Below are positions 46,607 to 56,860 of a DNA stretch of 64,000 bases, in pieces. The position numbers were made by a program, and so were the translations under genes. Under the pieces are notes generated by a model. That model saw only the letters and a list, made by a program, of their open reading frames with translations. It ran no database searches and was not told the DNA's origin. The stretch is from the IMG/VR virus record IMGVR_UViG_3300042398_001307, positions 1 through 64,000 of that record. One strand, given 5' to 3'. Origin of the DNA: a virus. The first letter of the stretch is position 1, and every line of letters starts with the position of its first letter.

Positions 46607-48661
46607 CTACTTGGTTGTTGCTATGTAAATACCATCCCAGTCAGGTGGTAATTTAGTTTTTTTCATTTGTTCACACCGTTCAATCCATAACTCGTAACTA
46701 TGAGCCATTTGTCCATCAAACTCGCTCATTAACTCGTTGGACATTTTGATAGCTTGATCAAAATGTTGGGAACGATATGCTAATAACATGAAATTATGTT
46801 TTATTCTAGCCTCTTCATATGCTGGATAATCAACATTTTCTGTTAATAATGGTGTATAAATTTGTAATCCAATTGTTTTACCTTTAACTGCTATATTATC
46901 AAGTTCCAATGTAAAAATTTCATCTTTAACTAATTCATTTGTATTAGGACCAATGATTAATAACACACCATATGACTTAGTTTGGCCTTCTAGTCTGGCA
47001 GCAGTGCTTACTGAGTCACCTAATACATCATACCCAAATTTATCTTTAGATCCAATGTTCCCAATCAATGTTTCACCAGTATTAACACCAGCGCCCATTC
47101 CAACTGGTGGTCTACCATTTGCAGTAAGTTCAATATTGAAGTCTTCAATGGCTTTAATCATTTGTTGGGCAGTTTTCACAGCAGTAATTGCATGGTTTGG
47201 GTCATCTAATGGTGCACCATGCACGTGTAAACTAGCATCTCCTATGAATTTAATCAATGTGCCGTCATTTTTTAATACTGGTACACTTAATGCAGTCATA
47301 TAATCATTCATAATTTGGGTAAGACCTTCAACATCATCACCGAACGATTCACCTAGAGTGGTAAATCCACGTAAATCTGTCATTACAATTGAAAGTTCTT
47401 TACGTTCTCCACCTAGTTTAATAAGTTCTGGGTTCTTTTGAAGTTTTTCTACAATAGTAGGGTTAACATAAGAGCCAAATTGTTTCTTAATCTGCATTTT
47501 TTGCAAGAATTCACTTACAAATTTCACTCCATATGCGTGTAAAGATACTAAAATTACACCACTAACTGGTAATGTTATATCAAACAGGAACAAGTATTCA
47601 CTAAATGCGTATTTACTGCCAATGATTATTATGGTTATGAGCCCAATAACTGATGATAATCCAACATACATCCACCGTGATAGTAATAATACCACAATTC
47701 CAGCGAAAATTAATGTTAAAATCTCTAATCCATCGGCATAATCGGGGCGTTGTATTACTACATTATTCATGATAGTGCCAATTACCGCTGCTTGTACCTC
47801 ATGTGGAAATACTGCACCTTTGGATGTTGGTATTGGGTTACCGATACCGGCTGCGGTTGGCCCTACGATAACAACTGATCCTTCTAAATCATGTGGAATG
47901 TTGGACAAACTGATACTTTTTGATGTTTGACTCCAATCAATCCAAATTCGACCTAAAGTATCGGTTGCAATAGGTCCAAATTTTGGAATTCTCATCTTTT
48001 CAACACCATATTCATTTAATTTTACTTGAAATGTTGTATCTCCGGTGGTTGCTAACGCCACTGTTTCTAAACTTAGAGCTGGGAATAGCTTATCAGATAC
48101 CGAAACGATCAGTGGAATTCTTCTATTTACACCATCTATTTCAGGTAGTGTGTTTACAGTACCAGTTCCAGTTGCTGCTTCTTCAATAATTGGGATATTT
48201 GCAATTATTCCAGGATACTGAATAATACGATCTAGGTATTCTGGTCCAAGAACGGCTGAACCTGAAATTTTTGGAGTATTTTTTGAAATATCCGATGGTA
48301 TGTTTGGTAAAATAGTTGGGTAAGTTTTGATAGCATCAGCAAATACGTCATCCCCTCCTTGTCTATCCTGTTCCGGCATTAATACATTGAATACAACTAA
48401 ACCAGCACTATGTTCATATAGGTTTTGGATTATATTTGCGTACACATCTCGCTTAAATGGCCATTGCCCGTACTTATCTAATGATGCTTCATCAATATTA
48501 ATTGTATATATTGGGTTTTCAGTAGCTGGTTTTGCTGTTATTAATGTATCAAAGTAGCGTAAACGAACGCTTTCTACAAATGATGGATCTGCTACTCTAA
48601 CACTAACAATGAATATTAGTGTCAGTAGTGCTGTCCATGGACTTAATAGTATTTTTTTCAT
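46607..48661 (-). CDS. CHASE2-domain class III adenylate/guanylate cyclase
   Basis: GQWPF.R CHASE2; TM helices; TDLRGFT, KFIGDA, GDSVSTAARLEG. Confidence 0.93.
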   Translation of the reverse strand: MKKILLSPWTALLTLIFIVSVRVADPSFVESVRLRYFDTLITAKPATENPIYTINIDEASLDKYGQWPFKRDVYANIIQNLYEHSAGLVVFNVLMPEQDRQGGDDVFADAIKTYPTILPNIPSDISKNTPKISGSAVLGPEYLDRIIQYPGIIANIPIIEEAATGTGTVNTLPEIDGVNRRIPLIVSVSDKLFPALSLETVALATTGDTTFQVKLNEYGVEKMRIPKFGPIATDTLGRIWIDWSQTSKSISLSNIPHDLEGSVVIVGPTAAGIGNPIPTSKGAVFPHEVQAAVIGTIMNNVVIQRPDYADGLEILTLIFAGIVVLLLSRWMYVGLSSVIGLITIIIIGSKYAFSEYLFLFDITLPVSGVILVSLHAYGVKFVSEFLQKMQIKKQFGSYVNPTIVEKLQKNPELIKLGGERKELSIVMTDLRGFTTLGESFGDDVEGLTQIMNDYMTALSVPVLKNDGTLIKFIGDASLHVHGAPLDDPNHAITAVKTAQQMIKAIEDFNIELTANGRPPVGMGAGVNTGETLIGNIGSKDKFGYDVLGDSVSTAARLEGQTKSYGVLLIIGPNTNELVKDEIFTLELDNIAVKGKTIGLQIYTPLLTENVDYPAYEEARIKHNFMLLAYRSQHFDQAIKMSNELMSEFDGQMAHSYELWIERCEQMKKTKLPPDWDGIYIATTK

Positions 48662-48861
48662 TCTTTTAAGTTATTGAATTCTTTTGTAATATTTTGTATG
48701 TGATGAACCATTCGGTTATCTTCATCAAATACCTTAATACTACAACAATCTTCTGCTGTACTAGCAAAATTGGTTGCTTCATCTAAAGTTTCAAATTTAT
48801 GATCAGTAAATTTTAAAACCCCTTCAACCCATTTGTGTAATCTAACTCTACAATCAGCCAT
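48658..48861 (-). CDS. Hypothetical protein
   Basis: RBS, coupled. Confidence 0.5.
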   Translation of the reverse strand: MADCRVRLHKWVEGVLKFTDHKFETLDEATNFASTAEDCCSIKVFDEDNRMVHHIQNITKEFNNLKE

Positions 48862-48873
48862 TATAATTCTCCA

Positions 48874-50202
48874 TTAGTGGAATAAAAGAAAAACACCATC
48901 CACATCGTGTCTATTAGCACCAGAATCACCATCACCCGGTCTAACGATTACATTCCATTTTGGGATATCCCCTTTTGGAATAGTTACCAATTGATCATAT
49001 GTCACAACTGAATCTTTCGGAACTCCATAATTTAACACTAAATCACGAATAAATGATTGTAAGGTTGCATCAGAATGCCATGATAATTGTTTAACCGTTT
49101 TTTTCGGATTTTTAGGGTCTGGAAACGTATGATAACTTGTATATTTATCGAACATTGTGACTGGAACAACAATCGAACGTTTCAATTTACCAAACATTTT
49201 TTCAAATTCTTTAATTTTTTTGTTTTCTTCGGGTTTTGCACCTTCTGACCAGTTCGTGATGAAATTTTTAGGTTTAGATGATAACATTACTCCGGCTATT
49301 TTTGTATAGCAATAGAAATTCACGTTTGGAAATTTATTAGCAATATCAAATGCAAGGTTAAGGTATTGGTCACTGAAGAAATCACCAGCATCATGCCAAC
49401 GCACACTAACTTGATAATCTTTTTTACCCCATTTATCCAATTCTTTTTGAATTTCTGCACTTAATTTGGCAACAAACCCGCCTGGATCATTAATTAAGAA
49501 ATTTAATGTTTTGCTTGATTTCTCCCAATTGGGATTATACATTACATAATTGCCCTTTTTAGCATAACATATCGCTTGGCATCCACCAGCTCCTGGGCAA
49601 GTATCAACAAAAATAAATTGATCATTCTGTTCATTTACTGCAACGCCTTTAAGTGCTGGTAACCCAACATTGAAATATATTTCACCACCCTCGCCAGCAG
49701 TGTGTTCCATTTTTTCATTCTGTTTTAGTAAATTTTTTGGACGAGTTTTGATAATATTCTTTACACTATTTACATCAATTTCAGTTGACCCTTGCATAAA
49801 TTTTATACTACTACCATGAACAAATGGTTGAGTATAATAATCCTTTTTTCGCTCCTTTTTATTACGTGGAGCTGGAATATCAGTCCATTGTTGTTTAATG
49901 TTCTGATAATCTTGTTGTTTTTTATCTGATTTATCTTTAGATCTTCTGTGAACTTGATCCGCTTTAACTCTAGTTAAATATTGTTTAAAATCATCATCTG
50001 AAACATTTTTAAATGCTGGATCATTAACAAATGGTTCATAATTTGGGTTGTTTTCTTGTTCTTCATCCAACTCGGATTCAGGATTAGCTAGATCTTCACC
50101 TGTTTCACTAGCCAGCCATGATGAAAGAGGCATATAGGTCATGTTGTTTTTAACTAGATAACCAGATCCTGCATTTTCATATAAAAATTCTTGTAATCTC
50201 AT
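48874..50202 (-). CDS. Gp88-like Cys-cluster protein
   Basis: TCPGAGGCQAICYA, VRWHDAGDF, YCYTK. Confidence 0.7.
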   Translation of the reverse strand: MRLQEFLYENAGSGYLVKNNMTYMPLSSWLASETGEDLANPESELDEEQENNPNYEPFVNDPAFKNVSDDDFKQYLTRVKADQVHRRSKDKSDKKQQDYQNIKQQWTDIPAPRNKKERKKDYYTQPFVHGSSIKFMQGSTEIDVNSVKNIIKTRPKNLLKQNEKMEHTAGEGGEIYFNVGLPALKGVAVNEQNDQFIFVDTCPGAGGCQAICYAKKGNYVMYNPNWEKSSKTLNFLINDPGGFVAKLSAEIQKELDKWGKKDYQVSVRWHDAGDFFSDQYLNLAFDIANKFPNVNFYCYTKIAGVMLSSKPKNFITNWSEGAKPEENKKIKEFEKMFGKLKRSIVVPVTMFDKYTSYHTFPDPKNPKKTVKQLSWHSDATLQSFIRDLVLNYGVPKDSVVTYDQLVTIPKGDIPKWNVIVRPGDGDSGANRHDVDGVFLLFH

Positions 50203-50235
50203 TATTATTCCTTGAAATGTGGTTTGATATTGTAT

Positions 50236-51108
50236 TTATGATAATTTACTTTCGATAAATGATACAATAGCACCGGCTACATCTGTATTGCAGTATTTTT
50301 CGAACCCACTAAACCCTGGGTTGGAGTTTGCTTCACATACATGAAACCCCTTGCTATCAAACAACAAATCAATACCGGCGATATCTAATTTTAATACATT
50401 TGCGGCATTTAATGCTATTTCAGCAATCTCTGGTGTTACCGGATACGCTTCACCAGTCCCACCATTTGTTATATTTGCTCGAAAATCACCTGATGGTGCA
50501 GTTCTTTTCATTGCACCTAACACTTTACCGCCTACTATTAACACTCGCAGGTCTTCGCCTGGTCTATCACCTAAATATTGTTGTACTATTAATGTTTTTT
50601 CATTATGAAGTGCATCCGTAAATTCAATAATATTGTTGTATTCTTTTGCTGATTGACATAAGTATACACCAACCCCAAAACTACCAACTACGACCTTGAT
50701 AATGCATGGAAATCCAATATTTTCAGCCACTAATTTATTTTTTGCTGGATATTTTGCTATCATGGTGGTTGGTACTGCAATGCCAGCTCTACTTAGAATT
50801 TCAGATGATTGAAATTTATCCTGTACTATATCTATACTTTTACTAGAATTGTAACATGGGACCCCGGCGAGTTCAAAATATCGTACAATTGCCAATTCAT
50901 CACGTTTGATACCTGCACCTAATCTGACTAATACTACTTTTGGTAATTCAATTCGTTTACCATCATAATAAATCCCATTATTAATTACTACATCAAAGTT
51001 TTTAAAGTAACAAACTCTGATAGTTATATTTCTTTCTGCGAAAACACTTATTAATTTTTTTGTTTCGAAATCATTTATTTTTTGTTTAGTTAAAATTATA
51101 ACTGACAT
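50236..51108 (-). CDS. RimK-family ATP-grasp ligase
   Basis: GSFGVGV, DLRVL, DFRANI, GIDLL, EANSNPG. Confidence 0.9.
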   Translation of the reverse strand: MSVIILTKQKINDFETKKLISVFAERNITIRVCYFKNFDVVINNGIYYDGKRIELPKVVLVRLGAGIKRDELAIVRYFELAGVPCYNSSKSIDIVQDKFQSSEILSRAGIAVPTTMIAKYPAKNKLVAENIGFPCIIKVVVGSFGVGVYLCQSAKEYNNIIEFTDALHNEKTLIVQQYLGDRPGEDLRVLIVGGKVLGAMKRTAPSGDFRANITNGGTGEAYPVTPEIAEIALNAANVLKLDIAGIDLLFDSKGFHVCEANSNPGFSGFEKYCNTDVAGAIVSFIESKLS

Positions 51109-51135
51109 AAATTCCCTTTTATGGTATTTATCGAT

Positions 51136-52254
51136 TTATTGTTGCTGGACGCTTATTTTTGGGCATCCACCAGCGGTGGTGCAGTTAAAGTTGATAGAAT
51201 AAAATTGTTGAGTAGAGCCAGATTGAGTGAGACTTAAATCTACTGGATTTCCGGATAATCCGATATTAGCCATGTGATTACCAGACCCTTGTTGTGTAAT
51301 ATCAACATGTTTATCACCGTCTGATAGCGATGTTTCTACATAATGATTACCAGAACCTGATTGATTTATCAATAGAGAGCTACTATTGCCAATGATATTA
51401 GCTGAAATTAAGTTGTTACCACCAGTACTGTTTTGTTTAAAATCAACAGAATTGTTATTTCCAATAATATTTAATGATGTGTAATTTGTAGTAGTATTTA
51501 TAGATGATGATTGATCGATATTGATAGTATTTCCAGATCCATTTCCTGTATAATTTGCATAATTATTCAGTGTGCCTGATTGATTTACGGTAATAGTATT
51601 CGCAGTACCAATTTGGTTAATATAAACTTGACTATCTGCCGTGGATCTGTTAATAAATTCCTGTAAATTCGCTAAATTAACTGGATTTGCTGAAAAACTA
51701 CTGGAAGAACCGCCACAACACAATACCGGTGCAAAAAAACTTACAGATGTTGCAAAATTTGATACTGGAACTACTGTTATACCACTTCCAATATTCCAAT
51801 CAAGCTGAATTACTGCCCCTCCTCCATTTTCGTACCACCAAACATCTATATTGTATACTTGACCTGCTGTTAATGTAATAGAACCAGAACTATTAAAATT
51901 AGCGGGTCCTTGTTCAACCCAATTATTGATTACTATAGTGTCATTGATTGTCATATAAAATCCATCATCACTTCTATCATAGAAAGTGACTGATTTTGAT
52001 CCAGAACCAGCAGTGCCCGGCCATAAGATACTACCGGTAAAGTGTATTATCACCCCATCAACATTCCCACTACTCATAATAACACCACCGCCCCAGTCAT
52101 AATTTAATGTATCAGTTCTCCCAGAGGTCAACATTGTTCTATTTGTTGATCTTGAAGGTGTAGCACCACCGGCTGAATATACGACATAATCTAAACCTGC
52201 AAAACCAGCTGAATATACATTAAATGACAGGAGAAAAAGCATGATATATTTCAT
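51136..52254 (-). CDS. Secreted PA14-domain plus curlin-repeat protein
   Basis: SDDG..WYENGGGA PA14 motifs; QxGxxN repeats. Confidence 0.75.
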   Translation of the reverse strand: MKYIMLFLLSFNVYSAGFAGLDYVVYSAGGATPSRSTNRTMLTSGRTDTLNYDWGGGVIMSSGNVDGVIIHFTGSILWPGTAGSGSKSVTFYDRSDDGFYMTINDTIVINNWVEQGPANFNSSGSITLTAGQVYNIDVWWYENGGGAVIQLDWNIGSGITVVPVSNFATSVSFFAPVLCCGGSSSSFSANPVNLANLQEFINRSTADSQVYINQIGTANTITVNQSGTLNNYANYTGNGSGNTINIDQSSSINTTTNYTSLNIIGNNNSVDFKQNSTGGNNLISANIIGNSSSLLINQSGSGNHYVETSLSDGDKHVDITQQGSGNHMANIGLSGNPVDLSLTQSGSTQQFYSINFNCTTAGGCPKISVQQQ

Positions 52255-53336
52255 TTTTTAAACACTCCTGGGTTTTGTTTGATAGTAACTATGTTACCAC
52301 CTGGGCTGCCATCGCCAAGAATTGTGGTAGCTGGCTCGAAATTTTGGATAATGGTTACTGTTGTATTTGAGCTATAACCCAATGTTTTAACTTCTGCATA
52401 ATCCTCTGTTCCTAAGACACGAAACGCTATACCTTTGCCTTTACTTTGAAGAATAGATGACTCTGGATGCTCCCAAATGACACAAATATTAGTAGTTGGA
52501 TTACAGCCATTTGCATTTGCATTTTTAATCATGTCCAAAATTCTAGCTTCAGCTTCTTCTGTACTTTTGGTTGCTTGATTAACGATTCTTCGAGTCATTT
52601 CTTCTTCCATTGCTTGTTGCTCTTTATCTTTTGGTGATTTTCCAGCTTCTTTGATGGCTTTTTGTACTTCAATTGGTTTTACTAGAATTAAATTGTTATT
52701 AATTTTTGACTCGATTGTGCTAACAGCAGTGGGGAGTGTTGGACTGGTAGTAGAACTTTGTACATAGGTTGCTTCGAATGCTTTGTCTAAAGATACTGTG
52801 CCAGCCAATGTTGAAACTTCAATTTTTCCTACTTTACATGTATTTTCTTGTAACTCATACTGTTTAACATCTTTTTCATCTTTGCAGCTCGGTACCAACA
52901 TAATTAAAGATTGACCAGCTTCATCAACAGTCATTGCAAAATCCGTTCCTCTAACTGCAATCGTGGCAGTTGGTGTTTGAATACCTACTTGCTGTGGATT
53001 ATTTTTAGCAATTTGACCAGATGCATACCGAACAGTACCCATTCCAATCTTCAATGCCAATTTACCAGCGTCTGATTGTTTTGGATCAAATACAAAATCA
53101 TCAATAAGTAATCTACTATTTTCATTCACTTTAACTTTTGTGTCATCTTTGAATGTTATATTTGCAACACAACCACCGGTGGTATAAGTATCCATACTTT
53201 CAACACTCACACCTTTATCACCCGGAAGTTTTTGTTTATTTCGTTCTATTTGGCAATTAGTTCCCTTTGTATCCGCGACTGCCCCAATATCAGCAAATAC
53301 GTTACCGGACATTAGAAGTAGAGCTGCCCACCACAT
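52251..53336 (-). CDS. FecR-domain exported protein
   Basis: F.DDT...ENSRLLIDDFVFDP, TPTATIAVRGTDF. Confidence 0.85.
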   Translation of the reverse strand: MWWAALLLMSGNVFADIGAVADTKGTNCQIERNKQKLPGDKGVSVESMDTYTTGGCVANITFKDDTKVKVNENSRLLIDDFVFDPKQSDAGKLALKIGMGTVRYASGQIAKNNPQQVGIQTPTATIAVRGTDFAMTVDEAGQSLIMLVPSCKDEKDVKQYELQENTCKVGKIEVSTLAGTVSLDKAFEATYVQSSTTSPTLPTAVSTIESKINNNLILVKPIEVQKAIKEAGKSPKDKEQQAMEEEMTRRIVNQATKSTEEAEARILDMIKNANANGCNPTTNICVIWEHPESSILQSKGKGIAFRVLGTEDYAEVKTLGYSSNTTVTIIQNFEPATTILGDGSPGGNIVTIKQNPGVFKK

Positions 53337-53337
53337 G

Positions 53338-54135
53338 TTATCTAGCTATTGCAGATTGTGGGCTTACTAATGAACTTGAACTTGTTCTAACCGTGATTGT
53401 ATTAAACCCCCCTTGTGTATCAATATTGATACTAGTATTGTTTGCACCTTGTTGTTGTGTAGTAATTGCATTACTATTGCCGGTAATAGTTTCGATTAAT
53501 GAATGTATACCAACATCAGTTTGTTCAGCATTGATAATATTACTACCTCCTGAAATATTGAAATTAGTTGTATCATGTGATCCAGCTGATGATCCTGTAC
53601 CAGAATTTCCTGTTAAATTCTGTGTAATTTGGTTACTATTACCAGATATAGTCAGGGTGCTTGTGATATATTTACCGATTATATTTTGAATAGATAAATT
53701 ATTATCACCTGTTATTGATTCGTTAATTATATTGTATTGATTACTAGTATTATTTTGGTCACCGATAACTAACTGAGTTTGATTAGATGACCCAATTATG
53801 GTACTGGTATACGTGTTATCATTACCACGTATGTTATACTGTGCCCAATCATTACTTCCATGTTGAGAAATGTTAAAAATATTATTACTACCATTAATTA
53901 CCGCATAATTTGAAGAACTTGCTATATCTGGTGTGATTGTAGTAATACCACCACTATCAACTGAAGTTATACCTGCAGGACCACTAATATTGTTAGTTCC
54001 ACCAACTTGTTCAATAGTAATAGTATTAGATGTACCTAATTGTTGTATATATACATTATTTGGACCAGTTGAAAGGTCTGTTGCTAACGATATGTGTGAA
54101 AATAATAATGATGAAATTATTAATGCTCTTTTCAT
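53338..54135 (-). CDS. Curlin-like (CsgA/CsgB) repeat protein
   Basis: Signal peptide; Q-x-G-x-x-N repeats. Confidence 0.75.
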   Translation of the reverse strand: MKRALIISSLLFSHISLATDLSTGPNNVYIQQLGTSNTITIEQVGGTNNISGPAGITSVDSGGITTITPDIASSSNYAVINGSNNIFNISQHGSNDWAQYNIRGNDNTYTSTIIGSSNQTQLVIGDQNNTSNQYNIINESITGDNNLSIQNIIGKYITSTLTISGNSNQITQNLTGNSGTGSSAGSHDTTNFNISGGSNIINAEQTDVGIHSLIETITGNSNAITTQQQGANNTSINIDTQGGFNTITVRTSSSSLVSPQSAIAR

Positions 54136-54171
54136 AGTTATAAATGATTAAATTTCTCTAATCATGCTCCT

Positions 54172-54978
54172 TTATTCTTTATAAGACCATAAACCCTTAC
54201 GGACTCCTTCTTTTATTGTTTCAATTACTGCTGCTTGGATAGCTTTATTGGTTGCTCTGTTAATGCTTTCATTAATACTACCACCGATTTCGGCTTCAAC
54301 GGCCATTGTGCCAGCATCTAAAAATTTTAATAGCCCAACTCTATCTAAATAGCTTAATACAGTTTTGGTAATAGTTACACTAGTAAGCACTTCACCAGAA
54401 CTTACTGATACTGTACGCAAACTAATTGTTACGGTATCACTTTGGTATTGTGTATCTGCTCCTATACCAAAGAATCTTACCCCAGCCCCGCCTGTGACTG
54501 TGTTGGAATCATAACCAACAATCGACCCTTCTACTATAATACCTGCAAATGTCATCGCTGGTAAAGGCTGTGCATCTTTACCTTGAAATTGCTCTCTCAT
54601 TTGACGAATCATTTGTCTTTCTTTAACAAGATTCTCCAATCCAACTCTTTCTACCACCTTAAACCATTGTGCATCACCTGCATCTTGTAATGCTTTTATT
54701 AAATAACCCTCGCCGCCTTGTGTAACAGCTGAACTCAAACTAGCGATACCGGTGACTGATTTACGTTGTCCAGTTTTATCTTGGAATCCGTATACTGCCA
54801 CATGAACTGGTCCATTCGCCGGTGGTTTTAATTTGTTTTCTGGTTTTATCAAAAACGTACTAATACTTTCATTGACTGGATCATCAAATTGTTCACCAGT
54901 GATTAGTTTATTCAATGCACTACTAGTGGCACACCCTTGTAAAATTAAAAATAATGGTATTAAAAGTAACTTTTTCAT
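54172..54978 (-). CDS. csgG: Curli secretion channel CsgG
   Basis: Lipobox LQGC; AVYGFQDKTGQRK, SAVTQGG, VERVGLENLVKERQ. Confidence 0.92.
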   Translation of the reverse strand: MKKLLLIPLFLILQGCATSSALNKLITGEQFDDPVNESISTFLIKPENKLKPPANGPVHVAVYGFQDKTGQRKSVTGIASLSSAVTQGGEGYLIKALQDAGDAQWFKVVERVGLENLVKERQMIRQMREQFQGKDAQPLPAMTFAGIIVEGSIVGYDSNTVTGGAGVRFFGIGADTQYQSDTVTISLRTVSVSSGEVLTSVTITKTVLSYLDRVGLLKFLDAGTMAVEAEIGGSINESINRATNKAIQAAVIETIKEGVRKGLWSYKE

Positions 54979-55457
54979 TAGAAATAAAACGTCCCTGCTG
55001 GTACTTGCATAGTGGTGGACTGGCCTGAAGCAGTATTTTGAATATTAATTTGAATCATACTTGCATTATTTGGGCCACTGATCATTTGCCAACTTATTGA
55101 ATTACCACCTAAATCTGGGATAGATCCACATATCCCACTACCCACTGTACAATTAGCACCATCACTGAACATGCTGTTTGTTAGTTGTTGTGCCAATTGG
55201 GAATATATTCTGGATTGTAAATTAGCTAAAAACTGCGCTTGTGGCGTATTTGCAGCAGCTGATATCGCTTGTTGTTTAATTGCTTCAGCAGCTGCCTGAT
55301 TTTGTGTGGTAGCTTGTGTCTCTAATTGCTGTAATGTTAAGACATGTGAACTATACCCAGTGCCACTAAATGCTGGACTATTGAATTGAAATTGAATTTC
55401 TGCAGCAAATATATTACTTGCTATGAACAATAATAAAATACCTACTATATTAGTCAT
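54978..55457 (-). CDS. csgF: Curli assembly protein CsgF
   Basis: FQFNSPAFSG..LQSRIYSQLA. Confidence 0.8.
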   Translation of the reverse strand: MTNIVGILLLFIASNIFAAEIQFQFNSPAFSGTGYSSHVLTLQQLETQATTQNQAAAEAIKQQAISAAANTPQAQFLANLQSRIYSQLAQQLTNSMFSDGANCTVGSGICGSIPDLGGNSISWQMISGPNNASMIQINIQNTASGQSTTMQVPAGTFYF

Positions 55458-55528
55458 AATTTAATCCTATATGATATATTTACAGGTATAAAACTTAATA
55501 TAATACTAGCAGTTAATTTAATCTAAAA

Positions 55529-56203
55529 TTAATGTTCTTTAAACAAGCAGTCAGTAATGTAGGATAGTGCTTGATATTCCGTTAATCCTAATGACATTAG
55601 GACACGCGGGTTATGCGGATTTTGTTTTTGTTGTTGACAGTAAAACACATGACTTTCGTTTGATTCATCTTGGGTGTAATTGAAAGAATCCAACGATGAG
55701 AGATAATATTTCAATGTGTATTCAATAACGGTATAAATTTGATCAATTTCCGAGTCTTCTTGGATATTACCGGCTGCGATGATTGCATCTGAGAAAATTG
55801 GTTTAGCCCATGCTGGTAAATCTCGTTTTTTATTCCAATCTAACGTAGCAGAATAATGTTCAAACCAATTCAGCATTGGGTGTAGTCTATCCACAGGGCT
55901 GAAATCATGAAAACATCCGGTAATTTTATTTTTACCAGCAAAGATATCGAATCCAAATATTGGAGAATTATTGTGGTTGTGTGGAAATATGCAGCAATGC
56001 ATCATCCAGATCCCTTTGGTGTCTCTAGCATCGATAACGTTGATGCCTGCTTTTTTATATAATGGTGACACCCAGGTTGTATTAGACCAACCTGGATATG
56101 AAAAAGGTAATGAAACTGGGTCAATGACTTGTTCACCAGTTTCATTAAGATGTGATTCAAAAAGGTTTTGAACTTTGTTAAGAGTGTTAGCTAATTTGCT
56201 CAT
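55529..56203 (-). CDS. Ferredoxin-dependent bilin reductase (PcyA/PcyX-like)
   Basis: MMHCCIFP..PIFGFD..FHDFSP..LPAWAKPIFS..QKQNPH. Confidence 0.82.
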   Translation of the reverse strand: MSKLANTLNKVQNLFESHLNETGEQVIDPVSLPFSYPGWSNTTWVSPLYKKAGINVIDARDTKGIWMMHCCIFPHNHNNSPIFGFDIFAGKNKITGCFHDFSPVDRLHPMLNWFEHYSATLDWNKKRDLPAWAKPIFSDAIIAAGNIQEDSEIDQIYTVIEYTLKYYLSSLDSFNYTQDESNESHVFYCQQQKQNPHNPRVLMSLGLTEYQALSYITDCLFKEH

Positions 56204-56732
56204 TAAGGTCATTCATGATTGCAATGGCCCATTTAAACGCCACTCTTGCTTCGTCACCTAAATCATCAGTTGCGATACTACGAATTGATGTTTTTAGTAT
56301 CTCGATATCTTTAAATTTATACATTCTACCGGTACCAGGTACCATTTTTGCTATGAATTGTCCACCAAACAAATCACCCATATGGCGAACATAAAAATGT
56401 GCCTTAATTAAGTGTCTACGTTCTTTATCGCCAACTAAATCGATTAAATAACGGTTGTAGTCAATTGCTGATTGTACCCATTTATTAGTGTAATCTTTTC
56501 CAGCCAATTCAACGAAATCTTGGTAAATGAGATTAGTTCGTTCTATTCCTGGTAATGTATCTAGGACTCCCAATAGTCTAGCACCTAGTTCAATTGGATT
56601 ATACACCAACATCATTTGATATAAATAATTGGCATATTGATCGTTTGTGATCTTCCCAGACAACAAAAGTTTTGAGAATTCGGTTTTCTCAACTTCTGTA
56701 TGAAGATCTTTTGTAATTTCACGTAATGACAT
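56187..56732 (-). CDS. Heme oxygenase
   Basis: LREITKDLHTEVE, AHFYVRHMGDLFGGQ. Confidence 0.9.
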   Translation of the reverse strand: MSLREITKDLHTEVEKTEFSKLLLSGKITNDQYANYLYQMMLVYNPIELGARLLGVLDTLPGIERTNLIYQDFVELAGKDYTNKWVQSAIDYNRYLIDLVGDKERRHLIKAHFYVRHMGDLFGGQFIAKMVPGTGRMYKFKDIEILKTSIRSIATDDLGDEARVAFKWAIAIMNDLNEQIS

Positions 56733-56860
56733 ATTTTTCCTTATAATAATCATATATTATATCACTGTGCTGGAATAGTGTCAAGAAAAAATATAAATAA
56801 AGATGTAGTTCACGGAATTGGCGTTCCTAACTACTTTAATACTGTAAAGGAGTATCAACA

